64,000 nucleotides of DNA from Candidatus Latescibacterota bacterium (lineage in GTDB: Bacteria > Latescibacterota > UBA2968). A program made the translations under genes and the position numbers. Positions 17,992 through 28,020 of this stretch are shown here, one piece after another (position 1 is the stretch's first letter; each line of letters starts with the position of its first letter). Under the pieces are notes generated by a model, which was not told the origin of the DNA, searched no databases, and was given only the letters and a program-made list of their open reading frames with translations. Where the stretch lies: assembly GCA_965205975.1 (NCBI GenBank), contig OZ242195.1, forward strand, positions 4,096,001 to 4,160,000, read 5' to 3'.

Positions 17992-20394
17992 ATGCTCCAA
18001 AACTATCTAAAAATCGCCCTGCGAAATTTGATGCGCCACAAGGGATACTCGCTGATCAACGTACTGGGATTATCGGTGGGCGTGGCCTGTTGTGTCCTCA
18101 TCGGATTATTTATTCACGATGAATTTCGCGTCAATCGGTTTCACACAAAGAGCGACCGAATTTGCAAATTGCTCCGCGAGATGCGCAACGATGACGGCAC
18201 CCGGGACATGGGATTTGGCACATCGGGCGCAGCGGGACCCGCGCTAAAAAAAGACTATTCAGAAATCGAAACAGTCGTGCGATACCTGTCGTGGGGCTAT
18301 ATCTGGACCACGTATAAAGACCGCAAATTCAATCAGCGATTCTGTTTGACAGATCCCGATTTTTTGGATGTCTTCGATTTTGAACTGATGAAGGGAGATC
18401 GCGCGACAGTACTCAAAGAACCGCTTTCCATCCTGGTGACAGAAGCAACCGCGCGGCGATTTTTTGGGGATGACGACCCAATAGGAAAAGTGCTTACCGT
18501 CGATGACCGGTATATGGGCGGGGTATATACGATTACCGGGGTACTAAAAAACGTGCCTCGGCAATCAACCATGCAATTTGACATCGTATGTGCAACCGTA
18601 AATACCTATTGGACGCGGAACGTATTTGAAAACTGGGCGGTGGATTCAACCTGGCGACCGGCACACAATTACATCTTATTGCGAGAAGGCGCAGATGCGA
18701 AAGCACTCGAAGCAAAATTGCCCGAATTCATGGCGCGATACATGGGCGATGAAATCGTCAAAAAGAGCACCTATTTTTTGCAACCCTTAGAGCGAATCTA
18801 TCTGTATTCCAAAGTGGATTATGGCATCTCATTTCACAGCGACATCACGTATGTGTACCTGTTTGCAATCATCGGACTTTTTATTTTACTGATTGCGTGC
18901 ATCAATTTTATGAACCTGTCAACAGCGCGCTCTGCGCGACGGGCACGCGAAGTCGGATTGCGAAAAGTAGTGGGAGCCTATCGCGCCCAATTGATTCGAC
19001 AGTTCTTGGGAGAGACATTTTTGACCGCACTGTTGGCCGGGCTATTGTCGCTAATTATTGTGAAAATTTCACTACCTCTCCTGAACAACTTTGCCAGAAA
19101 AACAATTGCACTTGAAGGACAGACCCTGTGGTATGCGGTTGCCGGACTATTTGTTTTAACCGTGCTGGTAAGCCTGCTCTCCGGAGGATATCCCGCGCTA
19201 TTTCTATCCAGTTTTCGACCCGTAACAGTACTGAAAGGCACGCTTATTTCGGGTACCAGAAGCGGCCGATTGCGACAGATCCTCGTGATATTTCAATTTG
19301 CGATCTCGACATTTTTAATCGCGGGTACATACACCGTGTATCAGCAATTGAATTATGTGCAAAATAAAAATCTGGGATTCGATAAAGATCTCATAGTTCT
19401 AACCTGGTTATTTTCTACAGACCGACGCTTGACAGATAATTATGTGAATATCAAAAATGAATATCTGAAGCACCCAAACATCTTGAAAGCATCGGCATCG
19501 CATTCTTCGATGGGATATGGGGGACAACTGGACAGGGTATTTCCCGAAGGCAGGGGAGGGGAAGACTGGCGGATGCGCGTCCTGGGCGTGGATGAAGCCT
19601 TTTTAGACACCTATAATCTGGAACTCACAGCGGGCCGCAATTTTTCACTATCAGTGACAACCGACACATCTCAGGCATTTATCCTGAACGAAACTGCCGT
19701 GAAGCGATTGGGATGGACCGAGCCGCTTGGAAAGGCGTTTGGATGGGCTGCATCAAACCGGGAGAAAGGCGTTGTGATCGGCGTGGTAAAAGATTTTCAC
19801 AACCGGTCGCTACACGAAATCATCCGCCCCGTGGCGATTGCCATGTGGCAACCCAAGTTCAACGTACTAACACTAAAAATTCGCGGTCAGGATATTGATG
19901 AAACGCTTAAATATATCGGTGAAATATGGCGGAAATATATTCCCGAAAAGCCGTTTGAATATCGCTTTTTAGACGAAAACCTGGCGCGTTATTATCTGGC
20001 CGAACAACGGATAGGAACACTTATAACCGTATTTGCCGGGCTGGCGATTGTAATCGCGTGCCTGGGCCTGTTTGGCCTCGCGGCATTTACAGCAGAGCAA
20101 CGCACCAAAGAAATTGGCATCCGCAAAACCCTGGGCGCATCCGTCCCCAATATTGTGCGCTTGCTCTCGCGAGAAGTTGTGATTCTGGTACTACTGGCCA
20201 ATCTAATCGCATTCCCACTGGCCTATTGGGTCATGAATGAATGGTTGGCGGGATTTGCGTACCGCATAGATCTGGGCGCGCTGGTATTTGTATTGAGCGG
20301 ATTACTAACAATGGCAATCGCGATCATGACCGTGAGCACACAGGCGATTCGCGCAGCCCTGACCGATCCAGCGACAGCATTGCGATATGAATAG
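17992..20394 (+). CDS. MacB/FtsX-family ABC permease
   Basis: MLQNYLKIALRN, IACINFMNLSTARS, RTKEIGIRK and DPATALRYE. Confidence 0.93.
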   Translation: MLQNYLKIALRNLMRHKGYSLINVLGLSVGVACCVLIGLFIHDEFRVNRFHTKSDRICKLLREMRNDDGTRDMGFGTSGAAGPALKKDYSEIETVVRYLSWGYIWTTYKDRKFNQRFCLTDPDFLDVFDFELMKGDRATVLKEPLSILVTEATARRFFGDDDPIGKVLTVDDRYMGGVYTITGVLKNVPRQSTMQFDIVCATVNTYWTRNVFENWAVDSTWRPAHNYILLREGADAKALEAKLPEFMARYMGDEIVKKSTYFLQPLERIYLYSKVDYGISFHSDITYVYLFAIIGLFILLIACINFMNLSTARSARRAREVGLRKVVGAYRAQLIRQFLGETFLTALLAGLLSLIIVKISLPLLNNFARKTIALEGQTLWYAVAGLFVLTVLVSLLSGGYPALFLSSFRPVTVLKGTLISGTRSGRLRQILVIFQFAISTFLIAGTYTVYQQLNYVQNKNLGFDKDLIVLTWLFSTDRRLTDNYVNIKNEYLKHPNILKASASHSSMGYGGQLDRVFPEGRGGEDWRMRVLGVDEAFLDTYNLELTAGRNFSLSVTTDTSQAFILNETAVKRLGWTEPLGKAFGWAASNREKGVVIGVVKDFHNRSLHEIIRPVAIAMWQPKFNVLTLKIRGQDIDETLKYIGEIWRKYIPEKPFEYRFLDENLARYYLAEQRIGTLITVFAGLAIVIACLGLFGLAAFTAEQRTKEIGIRKTLGASVPNIVRLLSREVVILVLLANLIAFPLAYWVMNEWLAGFAYRIDLGALVFVLSGLLTMAIAIMTVSTQAIRAALTDPATALRYE

Positions 20395-20436
20395 CCGACA
20401 CCTGTGCGCCTATGAACTGCTATGATTCGCTGTTCC

Positions 20437-20470
20437 GTTGATTCGTTGATTCGTCTATTCGTCTATTCGT
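20437..20470 (+). repeat. Short 8-bp tandem repeat
   Basis: GTTGATTC GTTGATTC GTCTATTC GTCTATTC between convergent genes. Confidence 0.6.
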
Positions 20471-20478
20471 CCCTTCGC

Positions 20479-22197
20479 TCACACCCCACGCGACATAGAC
20501 AACCCCTCTTGCTCCCGCCACAAATACAACACATGGCGCGACTTCCGCAAATGGCGTTCATACTCCTTGCTAAAATCCCGACGCTTGCCACTCGGCGTCC
20601 TGCCATTGGGTCGCGCATTGCACTTCCCGCGCGCCTGCGTAATGCTTCGGCTGCCATTTTGCACGGCAATCGTCATCACCCGATGCGTCTCATCCTCCGG
20701 CGTCGTAACCTGCATCGTCCAGATTGACGATTTCCCGGTCTTGCAATTATTCGCATAAGACCCCACGCAGTGATGCATCTTGCGTCCCTCGAGGGACAAC
20801 TCTTTGGCCGACAGCAACTCCGTAATCGTCCACCGCTCCTTTTCATTTCCATAATTATCCGTCGCCGTCCAATCCAGTTCATTGAGACCCGAAGGAGCCC
20901 AAACCTTTGCCGGCAAGCGATTCTGCCTCGCCAACTGCCGGTGCCAAAACTCAACCTGTCGCAGCAACTTGACCACACTGCGCCCCTTAATCGAAAAATT
21001 CGGCTGCTCGGGCGGCAACTGCACAACCTCGCCACCAACCGTCTCTTCCCGAGACACGTATTTCTGATTGTGAATATAATCCACAATCGGTCCCACCTCA
21101 TCGGGATCGAGCATTGGATTATTCACAAAGAAATGCACCACCTTATGCCAGAAATCCTCGCACTCAAAAGACGACCCCAACCGCGTACTGTTCACCGCGC
21201 GCACCAGCGGTTCTTCCCCGCCAAGCCCCAGAATTTGACCGTGCCGAAACGCCTCGTAAATCGCGTAATCGTGCGGCGACTCCAAAAACAAATGCGCCAT
21301 CTTCTTCGTCAGCGTCAGCGGAACATCTGCCTTGCGAATATTCCCACCCGTTCCCACATGCACAAACCAGCCCTGCTGCTGCCGCGCCTCATCTTCCTCA
21401 CCGAAAAACCACGCGATATCCATAAACGCGGGCACATCGTACTTCGCGAGCAAATGTCGCGCAAGCGAACCAAATTGTTTGCGCCCATTGTGCGAACCTG
21501 GCCGCCACTCTCCTGGATCGCGCAACCACCGCTTGTGCCAGCGCGCCAGGGCGCCCAACCCCTCGATAAATGTATTGCCATCAGAAGGTCCCAGGCGCAC
21601 AATCGCGGGCTTGACGTCAAAAAAATCGCCCCGTTTTTCCACATGAAGCAACAACTGCAGCAGCGCGCGTCGCCCCTTGCGGTCTCTCCCCAGCCCATCA
21701 AAAGCCCGCTGGATCTTTTGCAGATGGGGACGATTCAACTCTGCCTCCGACAGCTTGCCCTCATAAATCGCCCGAATCGTCTCCTGCGGCCGCCGCGTGT
21801 GGTTTTTCATCTTCGCCAAAACCGCATCGCTCTCTATGCGCTCGGCCAAATCGCGCTCTTTCTTGCGTTGAGCAACACTCTTATGCGTCCCCGTACTCAA
21901 CCCGTGCGCGGTACACCACGCGGTATAATCCGCAACCGTCTCTAACCCCAACGCGCTGATATGGCGCACAAATTCCTGCTCGGCCAATTCCTCATCAATC
22001 GCCCGATCAGCAACCTTGCGCTCCTGCCGTCGCTCCTGCCAGCTCTTATTCAGCGCCCCATTAAATCCATGGTCCCGACACCAAGCCTGATATTGCCCCA
22101 CACTCGTCAACCCCAACGACCGAATATGCGCCGTCAAATCCGCATTCGCCTTGCCAGCAGCCCCTCTGTGTCGTCTCTTTTTTCGCTTTGTTGCCAT
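20479..22197 (-). CDS. PcfJ-domain protein with a duplicated N-terminal repeat
   Basis: EL..EGRKMHHCVGSY...IWTM...TIAV...QARGKCNARP C-terminal PcfJ pattern; GGAG RBS before ATG 22197. Confidence 0.75.
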   Translation of the reverse strand: MATKRKKRRHRGAAGKANADLTAHIRSLGLTSVGQYQAWCRDHGFNGALNKSWQERRQERKVADRAIDEELAEQEFVRHISALGLETVADYTAWCTAHGLSTGTHKSVAQRKKERDLAERIESDAVLAKMKNHTRRPQETIRAIYEGKLSEAELNRPHLQKIQRAFDGLGRDRKGRRALLQLLLHVEKRGDFFDVKPAIVRLGPSDGNTFIEGLGALARWHKRWLRDPGEWRPGSHNGRKQFGSLARHLLAKYDVPAFMDIAWFFGEEDEARQQQGWFVHVGTGGNIRKADVPLTLTKKMAHLFLESPHDYAIYEAFRHGQILGLGGEEPLVRAVNSTRLGSSFECEDFWHKVVHFFVNNPMLDPDEVGPIVDYIHNQKYVSREETVGGEVVQLPPEQPNFSIKGRSVVKLLRQVEFWHRQLARQNRLPAKVWAPSGLNELDWTATDNYGNEKERWTITELLSAKELSLEGRKMHHCVGSYANNCKTGKSSIWTMQVTTPEDETHRVMTIAVQNGSRSITQARGKCNARPNGRTPSGKRRDFSKEYERHLRKSRHVLYLWREQEGLSMSRGV

Positions 22198-22247
22198 AAT
22201 ATTCTCCCGTGTCCTATCTCTACCTACCACTCATAAGGATGCACTTC

Positions 22248-23807
22248 TCAAGAATACTCCGGCAAAAAAACCTCAATCAGCGTCGGTCCCCCGGCCTGCA
22301 ACGCCTCTTCGAGCGCCTCGCCAAACCCCTGTCCATCCGTCACGCGAACACTCTGCATCCCAAAACTCTGTGCAAACATCACAAAATCGGGATTTACCAA
22401 CTCCACGGCAATATTCCGCCCATCACATTCCCGATCCTGCGCCCGTTTAATCGCGTCATAAGTATTATCATTGCACAAAACAACGGGCAATGACACCCCC
22501 TGCTGAACCGCGGTTGAAAGCTCCGTCGCCGTGTACATAAACCCGCCATCGCCACACAGCGACACCACCTGCTTATCTGGACACGCGACCTTGGCACCCA
22601 CAGCCGCTGGCATGGAAAAACCCAGCGTCCCGTAAACCGTTGGCGACAAAAACGTGCGCGGCTGATAAACCGGAAAATGGCGACGTGCCTGATAGCTAAT
22701 CATCGTCATATCGTTCACAACCACCGCATTCCGATCCAGAACATCCCGCAAAATGCCCAGCAACTCTGGAAAAGGGCTCTCCTCCCACTGACCGGACGCC
22801 TGCGACACAGAACCACTGACATCCCACGCGGTCTTTACCCCATCCAAACGCGCGTACAAACCCCTCAACCCCGCACCCGCATCGCCAATCAGCGCAACAT
22901 CTGGCTCAAACGACCGCCCGATCACATCCGGATCGATATCCAGATGAATGAGCTTCTCCGGTGTGCCCTTCCACATCTGCTCAAACCGAAAACCCAAACG
23001 CGTACCCACGGCAATCACCACATCCGCCTCATTCAAACACTTGTTCATCGCCTCACCGCGCACCAGCAATCGGTGATCCGCCGGAACAGCCCCCTGCCCA
23101 TTCGCAGTAACCGCCACCGGCAATCCGAGTTTCTCAGCCAACCGGATCACATCATCACTCGCATCTTGCGTCCCCCCACCCGCGATCAACACCGGCTTAC
23201 GCGCAGACTGAATCATCTCCGCCGCTACATCGAGCGCAGCCTCCTCAGGCTTATGCGGCGGGCGGTGCGCTGGTTCGTCAATCTTTACATCCGCCTCTTC
23301 CTTAAAAACATCCAGTGGAACCTCCAAAATATAGGGCCGGGGACGTCCGTACTTCATCGCCTCAAAACCCTCTGATAGCGCATCCGGTATCTCCTCCACA
23401 CGCGACACGCGCTGCCCACGCCCCGTCACCGAAAACAACGTCCCAAACTGATCGCGCATATCGTGCAACACACCCGCATCTGTGCCATTTGTTTCATCCG
23501 TCGGACCGCTACATATCAGCAACACGGGCGACGACTCTGCGTGCGCTTCCCCAATCGGCGTCAACACATTCACCGCCGCCGGACCCGTCGTCGTCAACGC
23601 CACGCCCACGCGCCCAGAAGCCCGCGCATACCCATCCGCCATAAAACCCGCCCCCTGCTCGTGCCGCGTCGTCACATGCCGAATCCGCGGATGATCGTAC
23701 AGCGCATCGTAAAGCGCCAGCGTGTGAACCCCCGGAATCCCAAACACCACATCCACCCCCCATGCATCCAGCGTCTCAACCACAGCCTGACCACCAGTCA
23801 TCAACAT
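22248..23807 (-). CDS. ThDP-dependent enzyme (acetolactate synthase-like)
   Basis: FGIPGVH, RHEQGAGFMADGYAR and GDGGF..NDNTY motifs. Confidence 0.9.
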   Translation of the reverse strand: MLMTGGQAVVETLDAWGVDVVFGIPGVHTLALYDALYDHPRIRHVTTRHEQGAGFMADGYARASGRVGVALTTTGPAAVNVLTPIGEAHAESSPVLLICSGPTDETNGTDAGVLHDMRDQFGTLFSVTGRGQRVSRVEEIPDALSEGFEAMKYGRPRPYILEVPLDVFKEEADVKIDEPAHRPPHKPEEAALDVAAEMIQSARKPVLIAGGGTQDASDDVIRLAEKLGLPVAVTANGQGAVPADHRLLVRGEAMNKCLNEADVVIAVGTRLGFRFEQMWKGTPEKLIHLDIDPDVIGRSFEPDVALIGDAGAGLRGLYARLDGVKTAWDVSGSVSQASGQWEESPFPELLGILRDVLDRNAVVVNDMTMISYQARRHFPVYQPRTFLSPTVYGTLGFSMPAAVGAKVACPDKQVVSLCGDGGFMYTATELSTAVQQGVSLPVVLCNDNTYDAIKRAQDRECDGRNIAVELVNPDFVMFAQSFGMQSVRVTDGQGFGEALEEALQAGGPTLIEVFLPEYS

Positions 23808-23909
23808 AACCCCATCCTTTCAATCCAATAATAAAAACGCACTCCGCTAATATACATCCAAAATTATCCATCGTCAGACCAAATTTGCAAGGGGTATAAA
23901 TGCTATTGT

Positions 23910-24062
23910 TGTCAAATAACGTGTCAAATAACGTGTCAAATAAGGACAAAATTCACTCCGATTTCTTGTTATTGAAACAAAAACCTATTATTATTTAATA
24001 ACTTACAAATTTGTTACGCGTGTCAAATAACGTGTCAAATAACGTGTCAAATAAGACAAAAA
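23910..24062 (+). repeat. Two arrays of three 12-bp tandem repeats (GTGTCAAATAAC)
   Basis: Array 1 at ~23910-23943 and array 2 at ~24020-24054, each followed by GACAAAA, with an AT-rich spacer. Confidence 0.9.
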
Positions 24063-24211
24063 AATGCTCATACATGGGCATTGTCGTCAAGTGAAACGGG
24101 GCTTATCCTCAGAGCAGAATCTGTGTCTGGACAACCCAAATCGCAATCGCTATATTTCGCAAGCGTTTTGCACTTTCTCTTGAGACGCGATTTCTGTCAG
24201 AGGAAGCGTGT

Positions 24212-25300
24212 ATGATAAACACCATCATTATCGGCGGTGGACAGGCCGGCATAACACTGAGTTACTTCTTGCAACAACGCGGGGTCGAACACCTCGTATT
24301 GGAGCGCGACCGGGCGTTCTCTGCCTGGCACAACTGCTGGGACAGTTTCCGGTTAAACACAGCCAATTGGATGAACACATTACCCGGCATGCAAAAACCA
24401 TTTGCACCGCAAAAAGCGTGGTATGACACTGCCACACGCGAAGAAGCACTCGGCTATTTCCAGGCGTATCGCCAGATGGTCAATCCCCCATTAAAAGAAG
24501 GCGTCACCGTCACGCAAGTTGCCGAAGGAGAAAATACCTGGCACGTACATACAGATACCAAAACCTATCACACAACCAACGTCGCCATCTGCACCGGGCA
24601 TGCAGCCCGACCCTTTGTACCAGACATCGCCAAAAAACTGCCACCATCAATCCTCCAGCTACACTCATCCGCCTATCGAAACCCCGACCAGATCACAACG
24701 GCAAACGTCCTCATCGTCGGAAGCGGCAGCAGTGGGGTTCAAATCTGCCTGGATCTGGCGCAATCGGATCAATTTGAAAACCTCTCATTCGCACTCAGTG
24801 GCAACGGCGTCGTCCCCTGGTCTATACTGGGCATCCCCATCGGTGTATTCTCCCGCATGCTCCCAGTATTTGAAATCCAGCGACAAACGCGAATCGGACG
24901 GCGCATTATGCACCAATGGCAGGGAGGCGACCCCGCCATGGCGCCATCGCCGCGCTGGCTTTCCAAACACCACGGCGTACAACGGGTCGGTCGCGTAATA
25001 GATGCCGACCATCGCGGAATCGTCTGCGCCGACGGCGAAATTATCAGCACAGAAGACCTGACCGTCTTATGGTGTACCGGCTTTAGACCCGACTATGCAT
25101 TTATCCGCGTACACCATCCCGAAACCGCATTTGACAAAAACGGCCCCATTCACAAACGCGGCGTCTGCATCCCGGGCCTGTTCTTCGTCGGCTTGAAATT
25201 TCAACACACCGTCGGATCACACCTCCTGCGCGGCGTGGGACGCGACGCGGAATACATCGCACAGAAAATCGCGGAAAGGAACCATCGCAATGCCTCGTGA
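24212..25300 (+). CDS. Flavin-dependent monooxygenase (FMO/CzcO-like)
   Basis: IIGGGQAG, QLHSSAYRNP, VGSGSSG and WCTGF motifs. Confidence 0.85.
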   Translation: MINTIIIGGGQAGITLSYFLQQRGVEHLVLERDRAFSAWHNCWDSFRLNTANWMNTLPGMQKPFAPQKAWYDTATREEALGYFQAYRQMVNPPLKEGVTVTQVAEGENTWHVHTDTKTYHTTNVAICTGHAARPFVPDIAKKLPPSILQLHSSAYRNPDQITTANVLIVGSGSSGVQICLDLAQSDQFENLSFALSGNGVVPWSILGIPIGVFSRMLPVFEIQRQTRIGRRIMHQWQGGDPAMAPSPRWLSKHHGVQRVGRVIDADHRGIVCADGEIISTEDLTVLWCTGFRPDYAFIRVHHPETAFDKNGPIHKRGVCIPGLFFVGLKFQHTVGSHLLRGVGRDAEYIAQKIAERNHRNAS

Positions 25301-26342
25301 ACAAAACATCCGCCTGGGCCTGATCGGCTGCGGCGGCATCGTCCAGAAATCCCATCTCCAGGGCCTGCTCGACATCCCCGATCTCGTAACCATCTCGGCA
25401 ATAGCCGATCCCATCCCCGAAAACAGAAATCGCGTTGGCACGGCAGCAGACATCGTTTCAGAACAGCGCTACGAAGACCACCGCCACATGCTCGTCCGCG
25501 CCGAACTCGACGCCGTCATCATCGCCACCCCCCATCACCTGCACGCCGAACACGTCATCGAAGCCGCGCAGGCGGGCGTCGCCATCATCTCGGAAAAACC
25601 CATGGCAACATCCCTCGAAGAAGCCGACCAACTCCTCGAATCCGTAAAAAAACACAACGTCCCCTACGCCATTGTACACAACTTCCTCTACACACCCGGC
25701 ACCGCAGAAGCACTCCGACTACTGCGCGAGGAAAACACAGGCACACCCCAAACGGGCCGCGCCCTCTCCCTCTTTGGCAAAACAGAGGACCAGGCAGACC
25801 CCAACAATGTCTGGCGCGCATCCAGAGCAGCTGGCGGCGGCTGTATCGGCGACAGTGCCTACCACGAAATTTACCTCATCGAAACCATGATTGGCTCACC
25901 CGTGCGCTACGTGGAAGCCCGCGTACAGACCAAATTCTTCGACTTCGATGTCGATGACGTCGCCTTCCTCCTCTTTGAACACGAAAACGGCGCAATCTCC
26001 ACCGTCTCGACATCCTGGGGCATGCCCGGCAGCGGCGACCACAATATATGCGAAGTCTATACCCGCACGCACGGCATCCGCATTGTCGGACGTGGACGCG
26101 AACTCCGCTACCTCGACAAAGCCGACCGCAGATGGCAACCCGTTGACCTCGACCACGGCCTCGACAATGACGCCCTGTCCCGCGCCGGTCACGCCAACTA
26201 TTTTGCCGCCACCTTAAAAGCACTCTCAGAAGGCAAACCACCCCCCATCACCGCCGAACACGCCCGCCACAACCTCTCGCTCATCCACGCCGCGCACAAA
26301 GCGACAGCACAGCGCAAAGCCATCGATGTCACCGAGCTATAA
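25290..26342 (+). CDS. Gfo/Idh/MocA-family oxidoreductase
   Basis: GLIGCGGI, ATPHHLH, EKPMA and GGGCIGD..YH motifs. Confidence 0.9.
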   Translation: MPREQNIRLGLIGCGGIVQKSHLQGLLDIPDLVTISAIADPIPENRNRVGTAADIVSEQRYEDHRHMLVRAELDAVIIATPHHLHAEHVIEAAQAGVAIISEKPMATSLEEADQLLESVKKHNVPYAIVHNFLYTPGTAEALRLLREENTGTPQTGRALSLFGKTEDQADPNNVWRASRAAGGGCIGDSAYHEIYLIETMIGSPVRYVEARVQTKFFDFDVDDVAFLLFEHENGAISTVSTSWGMPGSGDHNICEVYTRTHGIRIVGRGRELRYLDKADRRWQPVDLDHGLDNDALSRAGHANYFAATLKALSEGKPPPITAEHARHNLSLIHAAHKATAQRKAIDVTEL

Positions 26343-26359
26343 CGCACAACGGAGGACCC

Positions 26360-27142
26360 ATGAACCATCTCACACCCGATGAAATCGCCCAATTCGACGA
26401 AGAGGGATACCTCGTATTTGAAGGCCTCTTCGATCACGACCTCAACGAACGCATCAAAGCCGACGTCGATCAACTCATGATCGACCGCGAAAAAGGTGAC
26501 CGCCCCATGCTCATGGCGTATCCAGAACTCGGCCTGCTCACATCTGAACCCGGTGTTGTAGATCGCGTGGCGGATCTGATGAAAGGCAAAAAATTCGTCC
26601 ATCACCACATCCACGCCCGATGGCAACTCCCCGGAGAACGCGGAGTAGCGTGGCATCAGGATTACGCACAACTCCCGCAAACAAATCGCTCGCACCTCAT
26701 GGTCCACGTATTCATGTACATGGACGGCCTGAACGGCGAAGTGGGCGACCTCCTCGTCATGCCCGGCACCCAAAAAAAAGTCATGGCCAACGATGCCTTT
26801 CGCCAATTTCAATTCGAAGACCTGCCCGGCTCGCGCACCATCGACAACCTGGCACCCGGATCCATCATCATCGTCCACTCCGCCCTGCAACACGCCCGCC
26901 GACCCAAACCCGGCGGTGGCATTTACAAACGCTACTTCATCGACACCTCCTACTGCGAGGACGGCATCCTCTGGCCCTCCTATCCCAACATCGCCGAAAT
27001 CAACCGCGTCGCCCTCGAAACCGGCTGTGATCGGAACGGCAAATACGTATTTCTCTACGACACCAGCCAATTTTTTGAGCGCAGGGATTACATGGACAGG
27101 TTCAATGAGAAAAATCGGGGCAGTATCGCGTTACAATTGTAG
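26360..27142 (+). CDS. PhyH-family Fe(II)/2OG dioxygenase
   Basis: FDEEGYLV, WHQD, VMPGT and distal His (LQHA) motifs. Confidence 0.85.
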   Translation: MNHLTPDEIAQFDEEGYLVFEGLFDHDLNERIKADVDQLMIDREKGDRPMLMAYPELGLLTSEPGVVDRVADLMKGKKFVHHHIHARWQLPGERGVAWHQDYAQLPQTNRSHLMVHVFMYMDGLNGEVGDLLVMPGTQKKVMANDAFRQFQFEDLPGSRTIDNLAPGSIIIVHSALQHARRPKPGGGIYKRYFIDTSYCEDGILWPSYPNIAEINRVALETGCDRNGKYVFLYDTSQFFERRDYMDRFNEKNRGSIALQL

Positions 27143-27296
27143 CATGCATTCATAGCAGGATACAAAATGTTTTTGATTGGATAAAGGTATTGTATATTTT
27201 TATAGAGTGGTCTCTCGTCTCCTGATCGGGTTTCACGATCTTTAGGAAACCGTGATACAAATTTTTAGATACTCCATTGATAGAACAGTCTGATGC

Positions 27297-27659
27297 ATGA
27301 GTTGGGTGGTTGAATATACAGATCAATTTCGTGATTGGTGGGATGGCCTCAGCGAGGCGGAGCAGGACGATAGTGCTCAAATTGTAGGGCTTCTCGAAGT
27401 CCTCGGTCCCCAGTTGGGCTTTCCCCATTCTTCTGGCGTTAGGGGATCGAAACATTCACACATGCGTGAATTGCGTGTGCAAAGTGGTGGACATCCATTG
27501 CGTATCTTCTATGCCTTTGACCCGCGCCGCACCGCTATTTTACTCATTGGCGGGGACAAAACCGGAAATGATCGTTTTTACGAAGAATATACACCTGTTG
27601 CAGATCGACTTTATGACGAGTATCTTGAGGAAATTAAACGCGAAGGACTAATCCCATGA
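27297..27659 (+). CDS. RelE/HigB-like toxin (Gp49-like)
   Basis: GPQLGFPHS...MRELRVQ..PLRIFYAFDPRRTAILLIGGDK. Confidence 0.9.
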   Translation: MSWVVEYTDQFRDWWDGLSEAEQDDSAQIVGLLEVLGPQLGFPHSSGVRGSKHSHMRELRVQSGGHPLRIFYAFDPRRTAILLIGGDKTGNDRFYEEYTPVADRLYDEYLEEIKREGLIP

Positions 27660-27988
27660 GCGGTCACCATTCTTTTGAAAAACTTCGCGCCCGCATGACA
27701 CCCGAACGCCGGGCTTACAATGCGGCGAAAACCAAAGAATTATTGGCGGAAATATCCCTGCGCGAACTTCGCCAGGCCCGCGCTCAGTCTCAGGCTGATC
27801 TGGCAAAACGCTTGCAGGTTGAGCGGCAAGCCATTGCTGAGATGGAACGCCGCGCCGATATGTATGTCGGCAATCTCCGGCGCTGTATTGAAGGCATGGG
27901 CGGCAGGCTGGAGGTCGTAGCACACTTTCCCAAAGGCAGTGTCACAATCACAAATTTCAGTGAAGTTGACGCTAAAACTGATGAATAA
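27656..27988 (+). CDS. XRE-family HTH antitoxin
   Basis: LRELRQARAQSQADLAKRL...MGGRLEVVAHFP; ATGA overlap with the toxin. Confidence 0.88.
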   Translation: MSGHHSFEKLRARMTPERRAYNAAKTKELLAEISLRELRQARAQSQADLAKRLQVERQAIAEMERRADMYVGNLRRCIEGMGGRLEVVAHFPKGSVTITNFSEVDAKTDE

Positions 27989-28020
27989 CCGCAACCTATA
28001 ACACCCGAAAGGAACCCAAC

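Noticed and set aside
20770..21945. 391-aa plus-strand ORF (and similar long antisense ORFs at 22677, 26198, 28039, 29842, 42930, 44030)
   Set aside because: Shadow ORFs opposite well-supported genes, with no recognisable motifs.
23910..24062. CRISPR array
   Set aside because: The repeats are 12 bp and contiguous with no unique spacers, and no cas genes are in the window.
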